DNA of 64,000 nt, taken from NCBI RefSeq assembly GCF_009914755.1, contig NC_060939.1; one strand, 5' to 3'. Under the pieces are notes generated by a model. The model saw nothing but the letters and a program-made list of their open reading frames with translations. It had not been told where the DNA came from and did not search any database. How positions within the stretch are numbered: position 1 is the first letter of the stretch; each line of letters starts with the position of its first letter. Source of the stretch: the human T2T-CHM13v2.0 reference genome, Homo sapiens. The translations under genes and the position numbers were made by a program. This document shows positions 31,275 to 46,769 of the stretch, piece by piece.

Positions 31275-33691
31275 TTTATAAGTGTTTTTAAAGAAACAAC
31301 TTTGGCTTCATTAATTCTTTGTATTCTATGCCAGAAAAAATAATACTAAAAATAATAGGGACATATTCATAAACAGGACAGAGATTAAAACACCAATATA
31401 ATGAAATTTTATGTTGGTATGTTTACAGTCCTAGATAAAAATCTATACTTTTCTAAAAAATATGGAACTTATTAAACTAATACAAGATGTAAAAAACCTA
31501 AATGAGTTTAAAACCAATGAAAAATTCAATTCAATCACCAGTTAAATAACTATTTTCAAGAAAACCTTTATGCACAGGCAATTTTATAGGTAAGTTCTAG
31601 CAATTAAGTAAGAAATTCCACTCTTACACTAAGTCTTTCTTTGCTGAAAGTAGTATAACACATGACTCAACCTAAACAAAGAACAAAGGAAAAATTACAG
31701 GTTGATATTACATGTAAACTAGTATGGACAAATAATAATATGTTCGTAATCTGAATTCAGCAATGGTATTTTTAAAATATTACAATGCAAATAAGAAATA
31801 TTTGGTTATATCTCAGAATGAAAAAGATAGTTTAACATTAGAATATCAATGTAATTTACTACATTAACAGATAAAAGGAGAAAAGAAACATGATTACTTA
31901 AACAGATGCAGGAAAAAAATCTTTTGGCAAAATTCAGCACTTGTCCATCTTAAGAGCTGTTAGTAAACTAAACCAAAAAAAAAAAAAAAAGAGATATGTT
32001 CTTAGCCTAAAATGTCTTAAGGAATATTACGAGGATGGTTAATATCACAACTACTGTTACGTATTGAGTTGGAAGCCCAAAAAAAAAAAAAAAAAAATTA
32101 AGTGACTTGAAAAAGATGACACAAAACTGTCCTCATTTGAAAATAATTTGCTTGTCTACATAGAAAATCATAGATAATTAGAGTTTACAGACACATTATT
32201 GGAGTGAAAAATGATTTCAAGAAGATGGTTGGAATTAGAATCCACATATAAAAGTCAATTGCTTTTCTACATACTATCAGCTCATGAGGAAATTATAATA
32301 CAATACTAATAACTACAAAATTATGAGATACCTAGGAATTAATTTATCAAAATATGGGCAAGATGCCTAGTAGGAAAATTTAAAAATATAACTAACTGCT
32401 CATTGAAGACTGAAGTTATATAGATACCATTGATCTAGTGATCATGCTTTTTAATATTTACCCAAATGAGTTGAAAACTTAGGTCCACACGAAATCCTGC
32501 ACATGGATGTTTCTAGCAGCTTTATTTATAATTGTCAGAAAGTGGAAGCAGCCCAGAGGTTCTTCAGTAGTCAAATGGATAAACTATGGCACATCTAGAC
32601 AATAGAATATTATTCAGAGATAAAAAGAAATGTTATCAAGCTATGAAAAGGCATGGAGGAACCTTAAATACATATTCATGAGTGAAGTAAGTTAGTCTGA
32701 AAAGGCTATGTAATATGTGATTCCAGCTCTTTGACATTCTGGGAAGGACAGAACTATAGAGACTATAATGCAATCACTGGCTACCAGAGGTTCAGGGGGA
32801 GGTAAGAGAGGGATGAATGGACAAAGCAGGGGATTTTTTATGACGTACAGAAACTACTCTGTATAATACTGTAAGGGTAAATACAGGACATTATATGTTT
32901 GTCAAAGCCCATAGAACTGTACAACACAAAAAGCCAACCTTAATTTACACTATAGATTTAGTTGTTAATCATGTGTAAATATTGGTTCAACAATTGTATT
33001 ATAACAAATGTATCACACTAATACAAGATGTAAATAAAAGCGAAGAAATGTATGTTAAAAAGGATGGACAGAGGTAGTATATAGCAGAGGAAATCTCTAT
33101 ACTTTCTACACGATGTCTTTGTAAATCTAAAACTGCTCTAAACATAGTTCATTACAAAAAAAGATATAAAAAGTATATTCATGGCTTGGGAGATGAAAAT
33201 ATCATGAAGCTGTCAAATGCCCTAATATTAATTTGTAAATTAATTGCCAATCAGAATGTCTTCTGCTTTTATTCGGAGGTACAGATACCCAGACAAATGG
33301 ATTCTAAAATTTGAATAGAAGAGCAAAGAAAATAGGAACCAATTTGAAGGACTACAAGGTGGACTGCTTGCTCAGCTCAGTATCAACACTTATGGTAAAC
33401 CTATAGCAATTAATTATTATACGGTATTGACACAGGTATAGATAACCAGGTATAGTCCTCACCTATGGAAACTCTGTACCTGATAGGGATGGCATAGCAA
33501 ATCATTAAGGGCTGGGGTTGGTCTTTGCAGTAAAGGGTGCTTTACAATTAGATTATCCAAATGGATAAACAAAGAAATATCACCCCCATCTAAAACCATT
33601 AACAATTCAGGATAGAGTAAATGACTGGTTGTGAAACTTTAGAGCTTTCCTAGAAAAACATATGATAATATATTTATGACCTTGAGGATTT

Positions 33692-36600
33692 GATTTGATT
33701 TGATTTTTATTTTTCAACTGTTATTTTAGTTTCAGGGAGGTACATGTACAGATTTGTTCCATGAGTAAATTGCATGTCACTGGGGTTTGATGTACTAATG
33801 GTTTCAGGCAGTGAGCGTAGTACCTAACAGGTAGTTTTTTTTGAAAATCCCTCTCTCCCTCTACCCTCAAGTAGGCCGTGGTGTCTGTCATTCCCTTCCT
33901 TGTGTCTATATGTACTCAGTGTTTAGCTCCTATTTATAAGGGAGAACACGTAGTATTTGGTTTCCTGTTCCTTTATTAATTCACTTAGGATAATGGCCTA
34001 CAGCTCCCTCCACTATTATTGAATAGGGAGTCCTTTCTCCATTGCTTGTTATTGTCGAAGTTTGTTGAAGATCAGCAGGGTTATATAACCTGTTCCATTG
34101 GTCTGTGTGTCTGTTTTTGTACCAATACCATCCTGTTACAGTTGCTATAGCCTTGCAGTATAGTTTGAAGTTGAGTGGTGTGATACCTCTGGCTTTGTTC
34201 TTTTTGCTTAGAATTGCTTTGGTTATTTGGTCTCTTTTTTGGTTTCATAGGAATTTTAGAATAGTTTTTTTTCTAAATCTGTGAAAAATGAGTGGTAGTT
34301 AATAGGAATAGCATTGAATCTGTAAATTGCTTTGGGCAGTGTGATCATTTTTAACAATAGTGATTCCTCCAATTCAAGAGCATGGAATGCTTTTCCATTT
34401 GTTTGTGTCATCTCTGACTTCTTTTAGCAGTGTTTTGTAATTCTTGTTGTAGACATCTTTCACCTCCCTGGTTAGTTCATTCCTAGGTATTTTCTTCTTT
34501 TTGTGGTTATTGTGAATGGGATTGTGTTCTTGATTTGGCACTCAACTTATACATTACTGATTTATAGAAATGTTACTGATTTTTTTTTTACTTGATTTTG
34601 TATCCTGAAAATTTACTTGTTTATCAATTCTAGGAGGCTTTGAGCAGGGACTATGGGGTTTTCTAGGTAAAGAATTGTATAGTCTTTGAAGAGAGATAGT
34701 TTGACTTCCTCTCTTCCTATTTGGATGCCTTTTATTTCTTTCTCTTGCTTTATTGTTATGACTAGGACTTCCAGTACTATGCTGAATAGGAGTGGTGAGA
34801 GTGGGCATCTTTGCCTTGTTCTGGTTCTCAAGGAGAATGCTTCCAGGTTTTGCCTGTTCACTATGATGCTGGCTGTGGGTTTGCTGCTCTCTTTTTATTT
34901 ATTATGTTCCTTTGATGCCTAGTTTGTTGAGGGTTTTTAACATGAAGGATTTTGGATTTTATCAAAAGCCTTTTCTGCATCTATTCAGATAATCATGTGG
35001 TTTTTGCTTTTAGTTCTATTTATGCGATGAATCACATTTATTGATTTGCATACTTTGAACCAAGCTTGCATCCCAGAAATAGTACTATATCATGGTGGCT
35101 TAGCTTTTTGATGTGCTGCTGGATTCAGTTTGCTTGTATTTTGCTGGGAATTTTTACACCCGTGTTCTTGACCTGAAGCTTTTGTTGTTGTTGTGTCTGT
35201 GCCAGGTATTGATATCAGAATGATGCTAGCCTCACAGAATGAGTTAGGGAGGAATCACTCCTCCTTGATTTTTTAAAAATAATTTCAATAGGATTGGTAC
35301 CAGCCCTTCCTTATGCATCTGGTAGTATTTGGCTGTAAGTTTTTCTATTCCAGGGCTTTTCCTTTTTCGTAGGTTTTTAAATTTTTTTTATTTTTTATTA
35401 GTGATTCAATTTCAGAACTCACTGTTGGTCAGATCAGAATTTCAATTTCTTCTTGGTTCAATCTTGGGAGGCTGTATGTTTCCATTTATCCATTTCTTAT
35501 ATGTTTTCTAGTTTGTGTGCATAAAGGCATCCATTAGTCTCGAGGGTTTTTTTTTTTTTTAATTTCTGTGGGGTCGTGGGTAACGTCTGCTTTGTTGTTT
35601 CTGATTGTGTTGATTTGGATCTTCTCTTTTTTTTTTCTTCATTAGTCTCACTACCAATCTTATTCTTTCAAATAACAACTTTTGGTTTCATTGACCTTTT
35701 GTATGGGTTTTTGTGTCTCAATTTGATTCAGTTCAACTCCAACTTTTGTTATTTTTCTTCTGCTAACATTGGGTTTGATTTGCTCATTTTTCCAGTTCCT
35801 CTAAGTGTGATGTTAGATTGTTAATTTGAGATCTTTCTAACTTCTTGATGTAGGCATTTAGCATTACACACTTTCATCTTAAACTCCAACTGTGTCCCAG
35901 AGATTCTGATATGTTGTGTCTTGGTTTTCATTAGTTTCAAAGAATTTCTTGATTTCTGCCTTAATTTCATTATTTACCCAAAAATCATTTAAGAGCAGGT
36001 TGTTTAATTTCCATGTTATTGTGTGGTTTTGAGAGGTCTTTTTTGTTTTCGTTTTTGTTTTTATTGAGAGTGTGGTTAGTATATATTTTTTAACTTGTTG
36101 AGAATTGCTTTATGGCCAAACATATGATGGATCTTAGGGTATGTGCCACATGCAGATGAGAATGTATATTCTGTTACTGTTGGTTGGAGTATTCTGTAGA
36201 AGTCTGTTAGGTCCATTTGGTCAAGTGTTGAGTTTAGGTCTCAAATATCTTTCTTAGTTTGGAATACTAACAAAGTTTGACCTAACAGTGTCAGTGGTTT
36301 GAAGTCTCCCCCTAGTATTGTGTGGATATCTAATTCTAGGCCTTTACAAGCTTGTTTTATGAATCTGGCTGCTCCAGTGTTGGGTACATATAAATTTAGG
36401 ATAGTTGATTCTTCTTGTTGAATTGAACTCTTTATCATTATGGAATGTCCTTCTTTGTCCTTCTTGATTATTGTTAGTGCACTCTGTTTTGTCTGGAAAA
36501 AAATAGGAACCCCTGCTTCTTTTGTTTTCTATTTGCTTAATAGATCTTTCTCAATCCCTTTACTTTGAAGCTATAGATGTTGTGGCAGTTGAGATGGGTC

Positions 36601-38931
36601 TCTTGAAGACAACATGCAGTTGGGTCTTTCTTCTTTATCCAACTTGCCACTCTGGGTCTTTTAAGTGGGGTATTTAGCTTATTTACATTCAAGGTTAATA
36701 TTGATATATACAGGTTTGATCTTGTTGTTGTGATGTTCACTGTTTGTTATATAGTCTTGACTGTGCAGTTGTTTTATAGTGTCAGTGTGCTATGTACTTC
36801 AGTATATTTTTTTGATGGCCAGTAACAGTCTTTCATTTCCATGTTTAGCATTCCCATAAGGACCTCTTATAAGGCTGGTCTAGTGGTAACATATTCCCCT
36901 AGCATTTCTTGTCTGAAAAGGATTTTATATCTCCTTCAGTTTTGAAGCTTAGTTTGGCTGGATATGACATTCTTGGTTGGAATTATTTTTTTTTCATATA
37001 CTGAATATAGGCCCGCAATTATTTCTACTGAAAGGCCCATCTTTGCCTGATGGGATTCCCTTTGTATATGACCTGCCCCTTCTCTCTAGCTGCCTTTAAG
37101 AATTTTTCTTTTGCAATGATTTCAAAGAATCTGAAGACTCTATACCTTGGTGAAAGTCATCTTGTATAGTATCTTGCAGGGGTTCTATGAATTTCCTGAG
37201 TTTGCAGGTTGACCTCTTTAGTGAGGTCTGGGAATTTTCATGGATAATATTCTTATATCCTCAAATATGTTTTCCCAGTTGCTTTCTAACTCTGTGTCTT
37301 TCAGGAATGCCAGTGAGTGATAGGTGTAGTCTTCTACATAATCCCATATTTCTTTGAGGTTTTGTTTATTTTTTAAAATTCTCTTTTCTTTATCTTTGTC
37401 TGCCTGCGTTGATTCAAATAAGTTGTTTTTGAATTCTGAGATTCTTTTCTCAGCTTTCTCTCTTCTGTTAGTAATGCTTCCAATTGCAATCCAATTTCTG
37501 TCATGAGTGATTCATTTCCAGAAGTTCAGTTGATTCTTTTGTAAAATGATTATGACATCTTTCAGCTCCTGGGCCGTTTTACTGTTTTCCTTGGATTGAA
37601 TTTCAGCCTTCTCCTATATCTTGACGAGTGAGCTTCCTTGCTGTCTGGATTCTGAATTCTATGTCTGTCATTTCAGCCATTTTAGTCTGGTTAAGCATCA
37701 TTGCTGGAGAGCTAGTGTGGTCATTTGGAGGTCAGAAGATACTCTGGCTTTTAGAGTTGCCAGAGATCTTGCACTAGTTCTTTCTCATCTGTATGGGCTG
37801 ATGTTCCTTTAATCTTTTAAGTCACTGTCTTTTTGATGGGGCTTTTTGCTTTTATACTCTTTGATCCCCTTGAGGGTTTGACTGTAGTGCAAATTAGGTT
37901 TAGCCAACTGGCTTCATTTTTGGATGCTTTCAGGGAGGCAAGGCTCAGTTTAGCACTCCTGGCCTGCATGCCCTTATCATTGGGGGCTGGAAACAGGCCA
38001 GCAGCTTGGTTCTCTGGCCCCTCAAGGTTAAGCACCTGCTGTGCTGGAGGAGCTGAAGTGTTCACAGTCCCCTAGCAGCAACACTCTGATGGGGGCTGCC
38101 AATAAAAGTGATCCAGTGGGGCGGTGGTGTGTCGTTATATGTGTGTGCACTGGTGAGGCAGTGGGAGGAGGCTGTGGGTGGGTGCACCAGGCAGAAGAAG
38201 GCTGTGGGTGGGTGCACACCGGCAGAGGTCTTTCTGCAAAAGTACTCTGACAGGTAGGTGGGGTCTGCTGTTGAAAAACCTATGGCAGTGGCTGCTTGTA
38301 AATGCTTTGGCTGGGCAGCTGAGGCTGCGCTGTAAGTTGTGTGGCCAGGCAGGGACCCTGGGAGAGGCCAGCAGACAGGTGGAACACTCAGATCAGATTG
38401 TTCCTGTCCCATAGCAAGACATCCTTGCTCTGTCGGGGTCCAGCAGCTAACAAAGGCTAATGCTGCCTAGAGGAGTATGCCAAGCCTTGGGGGGTGGGCT
38501 TTCATGGCCATGCTCCATGGCAGATAGTCCCATGCCAACCCCCCTTGGCTTTGCACAGGCTGGAGTTCTGTCTCTGCTAACTATCTGGGAAGATCTCCCT
38601 GCCACCTTAAATATCTGGGGGGGTTGTGGGATATCCTGCAGCTGGGATCTCAAAGGTCTATGGTGAAAGTGGACCACTCCATGCCTATTTCATTCACCCC
38701 TTTCCTAGGAGCTGTTTGGGGCCAGGAATGAGTCTTACTGCTTGGCAACCCCATGTAGAGTTCCCAGCTTCTTACCTTTCAGCCTGGGGTCTACATCCTC
38801 CCTCTGTCCCCTCTCAATACCTTCTTTCTGAAGATCTGTTCAGAATATGCCAGTCTAATTGATAGTCTTGTCTCTCTTAGTGGCAGAAGCTATTCCTGGC
38901 TGCATTTAGTTGGCCATCTTGGCTGGTCCCC
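33692..38931 (-). mobile_element. Near full-length, internally deleted primate L1 (L1PA15-17-like)
   Basis: 5' end gggaccagccaagatggccaact (minus strand, at 38930). ORF1/ORF2 remnants: ISILTLNVNKLNTPLKR..CCLQETHL endonuclease, [21 protein letters not shown]. 3'UTR at 33710-34010. TSD accttgag(g/t)attt at 33679-33691 and 38932-38944. Confidence 0.9.
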
Positions 38932-40114
38932 ACCTTGAGTATTTTAAAACCATATGCATTGCACATATTCCAACCCCAAAACACAATACATTAAAAAATT
39001 GATACATTGAACTCACCAAATTTTCTTTTTAAATGACTCTTGGCACCATATAAAGTTTTTTAAAAAGCTACTTATTAGATCCCCTTTCGTCATTTCAGAT
39101 TGGCAAATATATAGCTTGCAATTATAGGTGCAGGCAAGGATGTTGCACAATGGGAACTCATTAACTGCATCAGGAATATAAATTAATATACCTACTTTGG
39201 AGAATAGTTTGGCAATACCTAGCTAGTCAAGTTTAAAATATATGCGACCTACAAACCAATAATTCTACTCTGAGGTATGGTGTTTCTCAATGGGACCTTA
39301 TTGGTAATTTGGACAGGATAAGTCTCTCTTGTGGAATATTTTGTATATCCCTAATTTGCACACACTATGAGTTATGTTCCCTACCATGGCCATTTTAACA
39401 ACCAAATATTCTTCACCCATTACTAATCACTTCTAACTGGAAGTTTATACTTGGCTGAAAAACAGAGAGAGAAACTGACGTGTACATCAGAAGACAAGTC
39501 TAAGTATCTTCTTTAAATCCTTTTGTAGTGGTATAATAGAGTTAAGCATCTTAAGTAACCATCTGTGGAACATTAATCAATATATTATAGATCTTTCCAT
39601 AATGCAATCCTATACAACTCTTAAAATGGCTTTAATGAAGCTACATTTATCATTGTGGGTAAAATTCGTGAAGGTAATGCTGATTGAAAAGCATGTAGTC
39701 ATGTACGACTTATGTAAAGTTTATTAAAAATATGTTTATATATCCCTAAATAATATATAATAGAATATGTGGATGAAATAAATTCAGTTTTAGGACAGTG
39801 GTTTCGTCTGCTAGGGAATGGTGGGAAAGTCTTCACAGAGATGTTCATAGGCAGTGTGATTGCACAGAAGTGCATATGAGAATGCATAGCCAGTGCTAAG
39901 AATCTTTGGAGCTTATTGGCCCAGGGATCTGAAAATGATTATGGGCTGAGGTATATGAAAAATAGCAGGGTTAGAACACTAAAAGGCCTTTACAACTATT
40001 TAGGATAAAAAAGTTTTTAAAAAGATTAGGTAAGATCTCAGTTAAGGCAGGTAGTATAGTGTTGAAGCCCACTTTGTATTTTTGTTGAAATTTTAAAATT
40101 TTGATTAATATTTC

Positions 40115-40640
40115 AGGGTTCAGGTCTCTAAGACCACTCTCAGCTTTGGTAATTCTCTAGGAGGACTCAACCTTTCCTCCTACAGCTATGATTTACCACA
40201 GGAATAGCAGGGAAAAAATAATAGTGGCAAAGAGAAAAGTGGATGAGAAAATCTGGAAGAACCCAGGCATAAACTTCCAAGAGTTCTCTCTCTGTGGAGT
40301 CACACAGGACATGTTTAATTCCTGCATCAGTGAGTTTGACAACATGTGTGAAATGTTTTCCACCAGGGAAGTTCCTTAGGGAGCTTTTTATTGGGAGCTG
40401 GTCACAAAGGCACCTCTACCTAACATGTGCTCAAATTCTAGACTCTCAGAAGGAAGGCAGATAATTAGTATAAACCAAGTTGTTTGCATACAGTTTGTGC
40501 ATAGTGACCCACTCTTATCACTTAGCGTGGTGGGGAATCTCCCAAAATCCAAGTTACTGATGCCAGGTAAGGGCCAACCTTGCAGGCAGACCTTTAAAAA
40601 CATAGCAACCTCAGACTAGCTAATTATGCTTTGCTTCACA
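40115..40640 (-). mobile_element. MER21-family LTR relic
   Basis: aagaccactctcagctttggtaattctctaggaggactca, ccaggcataaacttccaagag, gggccaaccttgcaggcagacc. Confidence 0.7.
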
Positions 40641-42288
40641 ATTTATTTTTTTTTGTTGAATGGTACATTAACTTCGTTAGGGTTCACTTAAAAGTCACTT
40701 ACACATTTTATTGAATTCATTCTGGTCATTTCAGGGCAAGATAGTAACTGTAAATATCTCATCAGAGATTGGAATTAAAGTGGATGTGTAAGTGTCTGAA
40801 TGTTTCCGAAACCCTAGCTCCTTCCTCCCTTTCCTTTTCTCCAAACTTCTCCAAGCACACTATATGAATTTGGAATGACTGAAAAAGAGGTAAGCAGTTC
40901 TAGGGTCTTTTCAAATGACTGAGATTTCTAGGGGTCATACCCTGTCCCACTTCTAGTCATTAACCAGAGAAGATAGGATCTTACTTCTCTATTAATGCAT
41001 TATGTTTCCTTCCAAGAACATGGATGGTGGGGCTGAAAATTTCATCCGGTTCTTTTAGTTGATCTTAATTTTGAAGGGGTTTCTGTCCACGTGGTATAAT
41101 TTTAAATAGTATGTCTAGTATATGAAATGATTCTCCACCTGTAATTAGATTACACATTTAGTAAAAAGTTGAAATGGTAGATAGGGAATCTGTGTTTTGG
41201 AAGAAAAGAGCCAAATTTATCTTAAAAGCAGGGAAATGGTTTGTTTATCCTCTGGAAATGATCTAGAGAGAGCTTTTTATGAAGGATAATCTCCTTTAGA
41301 AAAGAGGAGAGATTTGTTTTTGCCGCAAGCATAATTAAATGCACCAAGGTATATAAATTCTTTTCCCAGTTCTATTAAAGTGCAGAATAATCTGTCTATA
41401 TAATTACATTTGCCTTTATCTTTATCATAAGGTAGGCATACACCATCAGATTTTTTACTATTATTGACCCTATTTTTGTTATTCTTTTTCCCTCATGTTA
41501 AAATGACGTGATATGAAATTTCCTTTCGACTGGTAAGAAAAACAAATCTTGATGGTTAATTAAAAAAATATCCAGTAATGACACATTCTGACTAGTGACT
41601 GCTTGCTAGTCTGTTATTTGGATTGATACTAGATTGTGAAAGCCAGACCTTTTTGTCCCATTTATATTAAAAAAGAAGTTTGAGAAACAATCCGAGTCAG
41701 TGTTACTGAATAGCTCTAAAATGCTCTGTAAAATTATGCTGTTCCATTCTGAGAACCTCTTTCCTACCTTGCGGTTCTTATTCAGGTAACATTGCAGTAT
41801 GAGCTCAATCAGAGATTTGGGGGCTGGTATTAAAAAGGTTTGTTTTCTTTTTCTGCTTGGCCAGTTGCTAGAGGCCAGCTGGGGAGGATGTCTGGCTTAA
41901 AACCATAATAAATGAAGCTTCCATTAGGCTCCTCGGCTTGGGGCCATTTCCTGTAAAGACCTTGCTCTGCCGTTAGTGGTTTGGAGAGGGAAAATGCATA
42001 TTTTTGTTCAATAAATGAAAGCTGAAGATTACCAGGTAGGGTAGCATAGGTATCATGTTTTGTGAAGAGATCCTGCTCTTCAAGGGTCACATTTTAGCTT
42101 ATAGCCTTTTGAGTGTTTATGACAATAACCTATGAACTTGAGTCATGGTAGAAAATGGAACAAATATGTTTATTTTTAAATATCCTTCGAGAGGAAGCAA
42201 ACAATATAATATTCAGATAGTTGAATTTGTCTCAGCAGCCTTTCCAAACCTGACTCTTAGATTTATTATTTCTTTAAGTTTTGCTTTG

Positions 42289-42647
42289 TCTGGAAAATAC
42301 ATTGTTCATTGGAGAAGTAACATTTTCAGGCACAAAAGAGACCAAGCGTACATTACGTACTTTAAGAGCACTTTTTTTTTTCTGGACACATCTTTTTATG
42401 TTTATATGTTTGTAATTCTTTATACATGGTTGTTTATTTTGTTGTTTTATTCTGTATTTTATGCTGTTGTTGCTTATTCTGGAAAATATATTGTTCTGGG
42501 AAATACGCTGTTTATTGGAGAAGTGACATTTTCAGGTACAAAAGAGTCCAGGGGTGTATTAGCTTTATACACCTTAAGGATCCTTATTTTCTCTGGGCAT
42601 ATCTTTTTGTGTTTATATGTTTATAATTTTCTGCACGTGGTTGTGTA
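42289..42647. repeat. Old degenerate tandem duplication (~150-bp copies, ~200-bp period)
   Basis: tctgg(a/g)aaatac...ttggagaagt(a/g)acattttcagg(c/t)acaaaagag...tttatatgttt...tggttgt repeated at 42289 and 42495. Confidence 0.85.
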
Positions 42648-44874
42648 CTACTCACATACTTGGAGAAACTATGGTCAGCGTGCTTTGCAAAACTTAAATG
42701 AGTTCCGGTTCTGAATAAGTTAGAATAAAAACACTTCAACGTTTCTCTTCCACTGAACACAAATATGAAATATATGGTAAAGCTAGTTGAAGTCTCAGAA
42801 AAGTAAAGCTACAGCTTCGACAAACAGGAAAGCCATTCTCCTCATTCATCAGATTGGCTCCTGCAGTTTCCCAGTGCCAACTGCTGACTGTCTCTATCCA
42901 TAGATCCCCTGGAGCTGGGTCATGACAAAACTGGACCAATTATCCAGCGTGAATTTAATGCAGTCCCAGATCCAGATGTTAGCAGTGGATCTCAGAAGGA
43001 AAGAGAAAGAGATGACCTCTAGCTGTGGCCCAAGGAGAAAAGGGAAGTCCTGAAGCTAAGAGGGAGGGGGAAATCCCCTACCTTGTGTGCCTCCTTTATC
43101 TCACTTTTGTCATGCCCCGGCTCCCCAACAGTCTTGTGGTGGAGGCAGTGGCAGCAAAAGCAGCTGGTGGTAGGAAACTGCAGAAGCAAAAATAATGGGT
43201 TAGGGAGGGGCATATGCTTTCTATTCGGTAAAATAGAGCTATTTGGTAGCTCTTAGTGGTGCCAATTGGGTTTTTTAATTTGTTTTGTTTTTTAAATCTC
43301 TCTGTGTCTTCCCCACAACCCTGGTATGATCATAGATGTAGGTTGTTCCCGATTGTTGAATGAAAAAGGGTGAGTTCTAGGATGCCAGAAAGTATCACAG
43401 GAGACAGCTGAGAAGGAAGGGCTTGGGAAATGATCAAATACATTGTGGACTCATGGACTCATCCATAGCCTGAACATACATGGATCTGATCCTTATTAGC
43501 GTACCAATGACTTTGAGAATGGAGTTAATGGGTGGAACTCCACTCAAGTCCCAGACTGACCTTACGTCCTATACAAGCAGGGCATATCTAAATGAACCTG
43601 CATAGCTATTGAAAACTAAACTGATAATTGGAACCATAGCCAACAGAAGGTGGGCTGCAATTTATGGCTAGAAGCTAACCAGATCAAGTGCTTCCTAAAA
43701 CAATGATATCAGCATCTTTGTAGACTTAAATAAAGCAGAGAGTTTTATAACATTCAAAATGTCCAAGGTATAATTTATATTGGTTTATGAAGAAATGTAA
43801 AAATGTTAACTCACATGGGAAAAGGCAATTAACAGATGAAAATGAAAATATGACTTTAAAGGAGCTATTGTAGAATGCTCAAATGAATAATCATGAGTCT
43901 TGAAATAAAAGATAGAAACTATAAGCGAGGAAAGATGTGAAGTGGCACCAATGGAAACCAGAACTGAAAAATACAATAGCTGCCTGCCCCACCCATTCTC
44001 CACCCATAAAAAACAAACCTCACTATATGGATTCAATAGCAGACTGGGGATGACAGAGGAAAGAGTCAGTAAAACTGAAGATAAATCAATAAAGGTTATC
44101 CAATCTGAAGAAAGAAGAAGATTGAAAAATAATAGAGTCTCCGGGATTATAGAACAATCACAAAAGGCTAATATTTGTATCACTGGAGTGCCAGAAGGAA
44201 AGGAGAAAGTGAGTAAGCCTCAACAAGTATTCAAAGAAATGATGGCTGAAACATTGATAGATTCAAGAAGCTAAGCTAACCCCAAATAGGATGAATCCAA
44301 ATAAACACACACCCAGGCACATCATAAACTGCTAAAAACTTAAAAAAATATTGAAGTCAGTCAGAGCAATGATAACTGATATATGGAAGAACAATGATTC
44401 AAATGGCTGAGATTTCTCATCAGAAATCATGGAGGCCAGGAGAAAATGGCACATCCGTTTTTCAAGTGTTGAAAGAAAAGTATAGAATTCAATATCTAGC
44501 TAAAATATCCTTCAGAAATGAAGGTGAAAAATATATTCTCAGATTGGGAAAAACTAAGAGAATTTGGAGGCAGCAGACCTGACACAAAATAACAAGAAGG
44601 CCTTCTTAAACAGATGAGAAATGGTACAAGAAGGAAATATGGAATATCAAAATCAAGGAAATGCAAGTGAAAAATACAATAGCCTTTCTATTTTAATTGA
44701 ATAGACTATCTTAAAATTTAATAGACCATTTATTTTCTCTTGAAATTAAGTATGGCTTATGGTTGAAATCAAAAGTTAAACATGGTCTGATACAAATTTT
44801 CACTGTATTTAGATGTAATATATAAGACAACTTATGTATTATTATATTATGGGAGAAGAGACCTATACGCTGGT

Positions 44875-45410
44875 ATGGTAGACAGGATAATCTCCCTTCC
44901 CTAACCCCAGATACCCACATCCTTATCCCAGGATCCTGTGAATATGTTACATTATGTGGCACAAAGGACTTGTAGATGGGATCTAACAGACTTTAAGATA
45001 GAATAACCTTTGTTTTCCTGGTGGGCCCAATCAAGTAACATGAGCCCTTAAAAGTGGAAGAGGAAAACAAAATAGTGGGATGCATCAATGAGAGAGACTT
45101 AACTCACTGTTTCTGGCTTTGAAGATGGAGAAAGGGGTCAGGGAATGTGGGCGGCCTCTAAAAGCTAAGATCAGTCCTTAGCTGACTGATCAGCTAAACA
45201 TGGCTGTTGATGAAAATTTTAAAAAATGGAATTTTGCTAAGGCTGAGAAAGATAAAGAAATGGATTCTCAACTAGAGCCTCCAAAAAAAAAAAATGCATT
45301 CTTGTCAGCGCTTTGATTTCAGCCTGACAAGACCCATCTCAGACTTTCTCAGAACTGAAAAGTAATAAATTTATCTTTTTAAGCCACTAATTTTTTCATT
45401 ATTTGTTATG
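44875..45410 (+). mobile_element. MLT1D/E-type MaLR LTR inserted in the L1
   Basis: ctgtgaatatgttac, ggtgggcccaatc, ggctttgaagatggag, ttttaagccactaa. Confidence 0.75.
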
Positions 45411-46410
45411 GGAGCAATACAAAACAAATGCAGGTGATCTGGTTTCTCTGTTCCAATTGAAGTGGTAAAATATTAATTCTAAATAAAATGTGGAAAGTTA
45501 ACTATACATACCGTAACCCCTAGAATAATCACTGAAAGTTTATACAGAGATATAGTCAAAATCATAACTGATAAATTAAAATGGAACACTATAACCTCAA
45601 CAAATGAAGAAGGGCGGGAACAGAAAAAATGAAAAACAGAACAAGAAGGAAATGATAAAATGGCAGACCTAAATCCAGACCTATCAAGTACTATGTTAAA
45701 TATAAATGGTCTAAACAAACCAACTAAAAGCTAGAGATTGTCAGACTGGATTTAAAAAAATGTCCTAGCTATGGGCTTTCCATAAGAAACTCACTTCAAA
45801 TATATTGTTATTGTAAGCTGAAAAGCAGAAAGGATGGAGGGAAATAAAACCCACACAAACACAAACCAAAAGTAAATTAGCATGGCTATGTTAAAATCAA
45901 ACAAGATAGGCTTCAGAGCTAGAAAATCATCAGGGTTAAAGACAGACATTACATATTGATTGAAGGGTTAGTTCGGGAAGAAGCTATAACAATCATAAAT
46001 GTGTGTGCAATAACAGAGCTTCAAAATACAGAAGCAAAAACTGATGTAACTGAAAGGAGAAGTAGAGAAATTCACAACTATAGTTGAAAAATTACTCCTG
46101 TCTCAGTAATAGAAGATCAGCAAGGACATAGAAGAACTGAACTATCAACCAACTGAATCTAATGGACATTTATACAATACTCCACTCAACCATAGTAGCA
46201 TATACAGTCTTTTCAAATGCATATGGGACATTTACCAAGACAGTCCACATTGGGGGTCATAAGTCAAACCTTAACAAATTTAAAAGAAAGTCATAAAGAG
46301 AATGACTTCTGGTCATAACTGAGTTAAACTGGAAATTAATAAAAAGATAGATAGAAAAATCTTCAGATACTTAGAAATTACCAATATACTTTTGAATAAA
46401 CCATGACCTA

Positions 46411-46769
<359 letters not shown>

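Noticed and set aside
36188-36290. 10-bp inverted match (ctgttaggtc / gacctaacag) inside L1 as another fold-back
   Set aside because: Short and also compatible with ordinary divergence from the L1 sequence
38150-38230. Tandem ggctgtgggtgggtgcac repeat
   Set aside because: Lies within the L1PA 5'UTR and is probably intrinsic to that element
42145-42714. 189-aa hydrophobic, membrane-like ORF
   Set aside because: T-rich tandem duplication; the second copy is read out of frame relative to the first, so there is no sign of coding constraint
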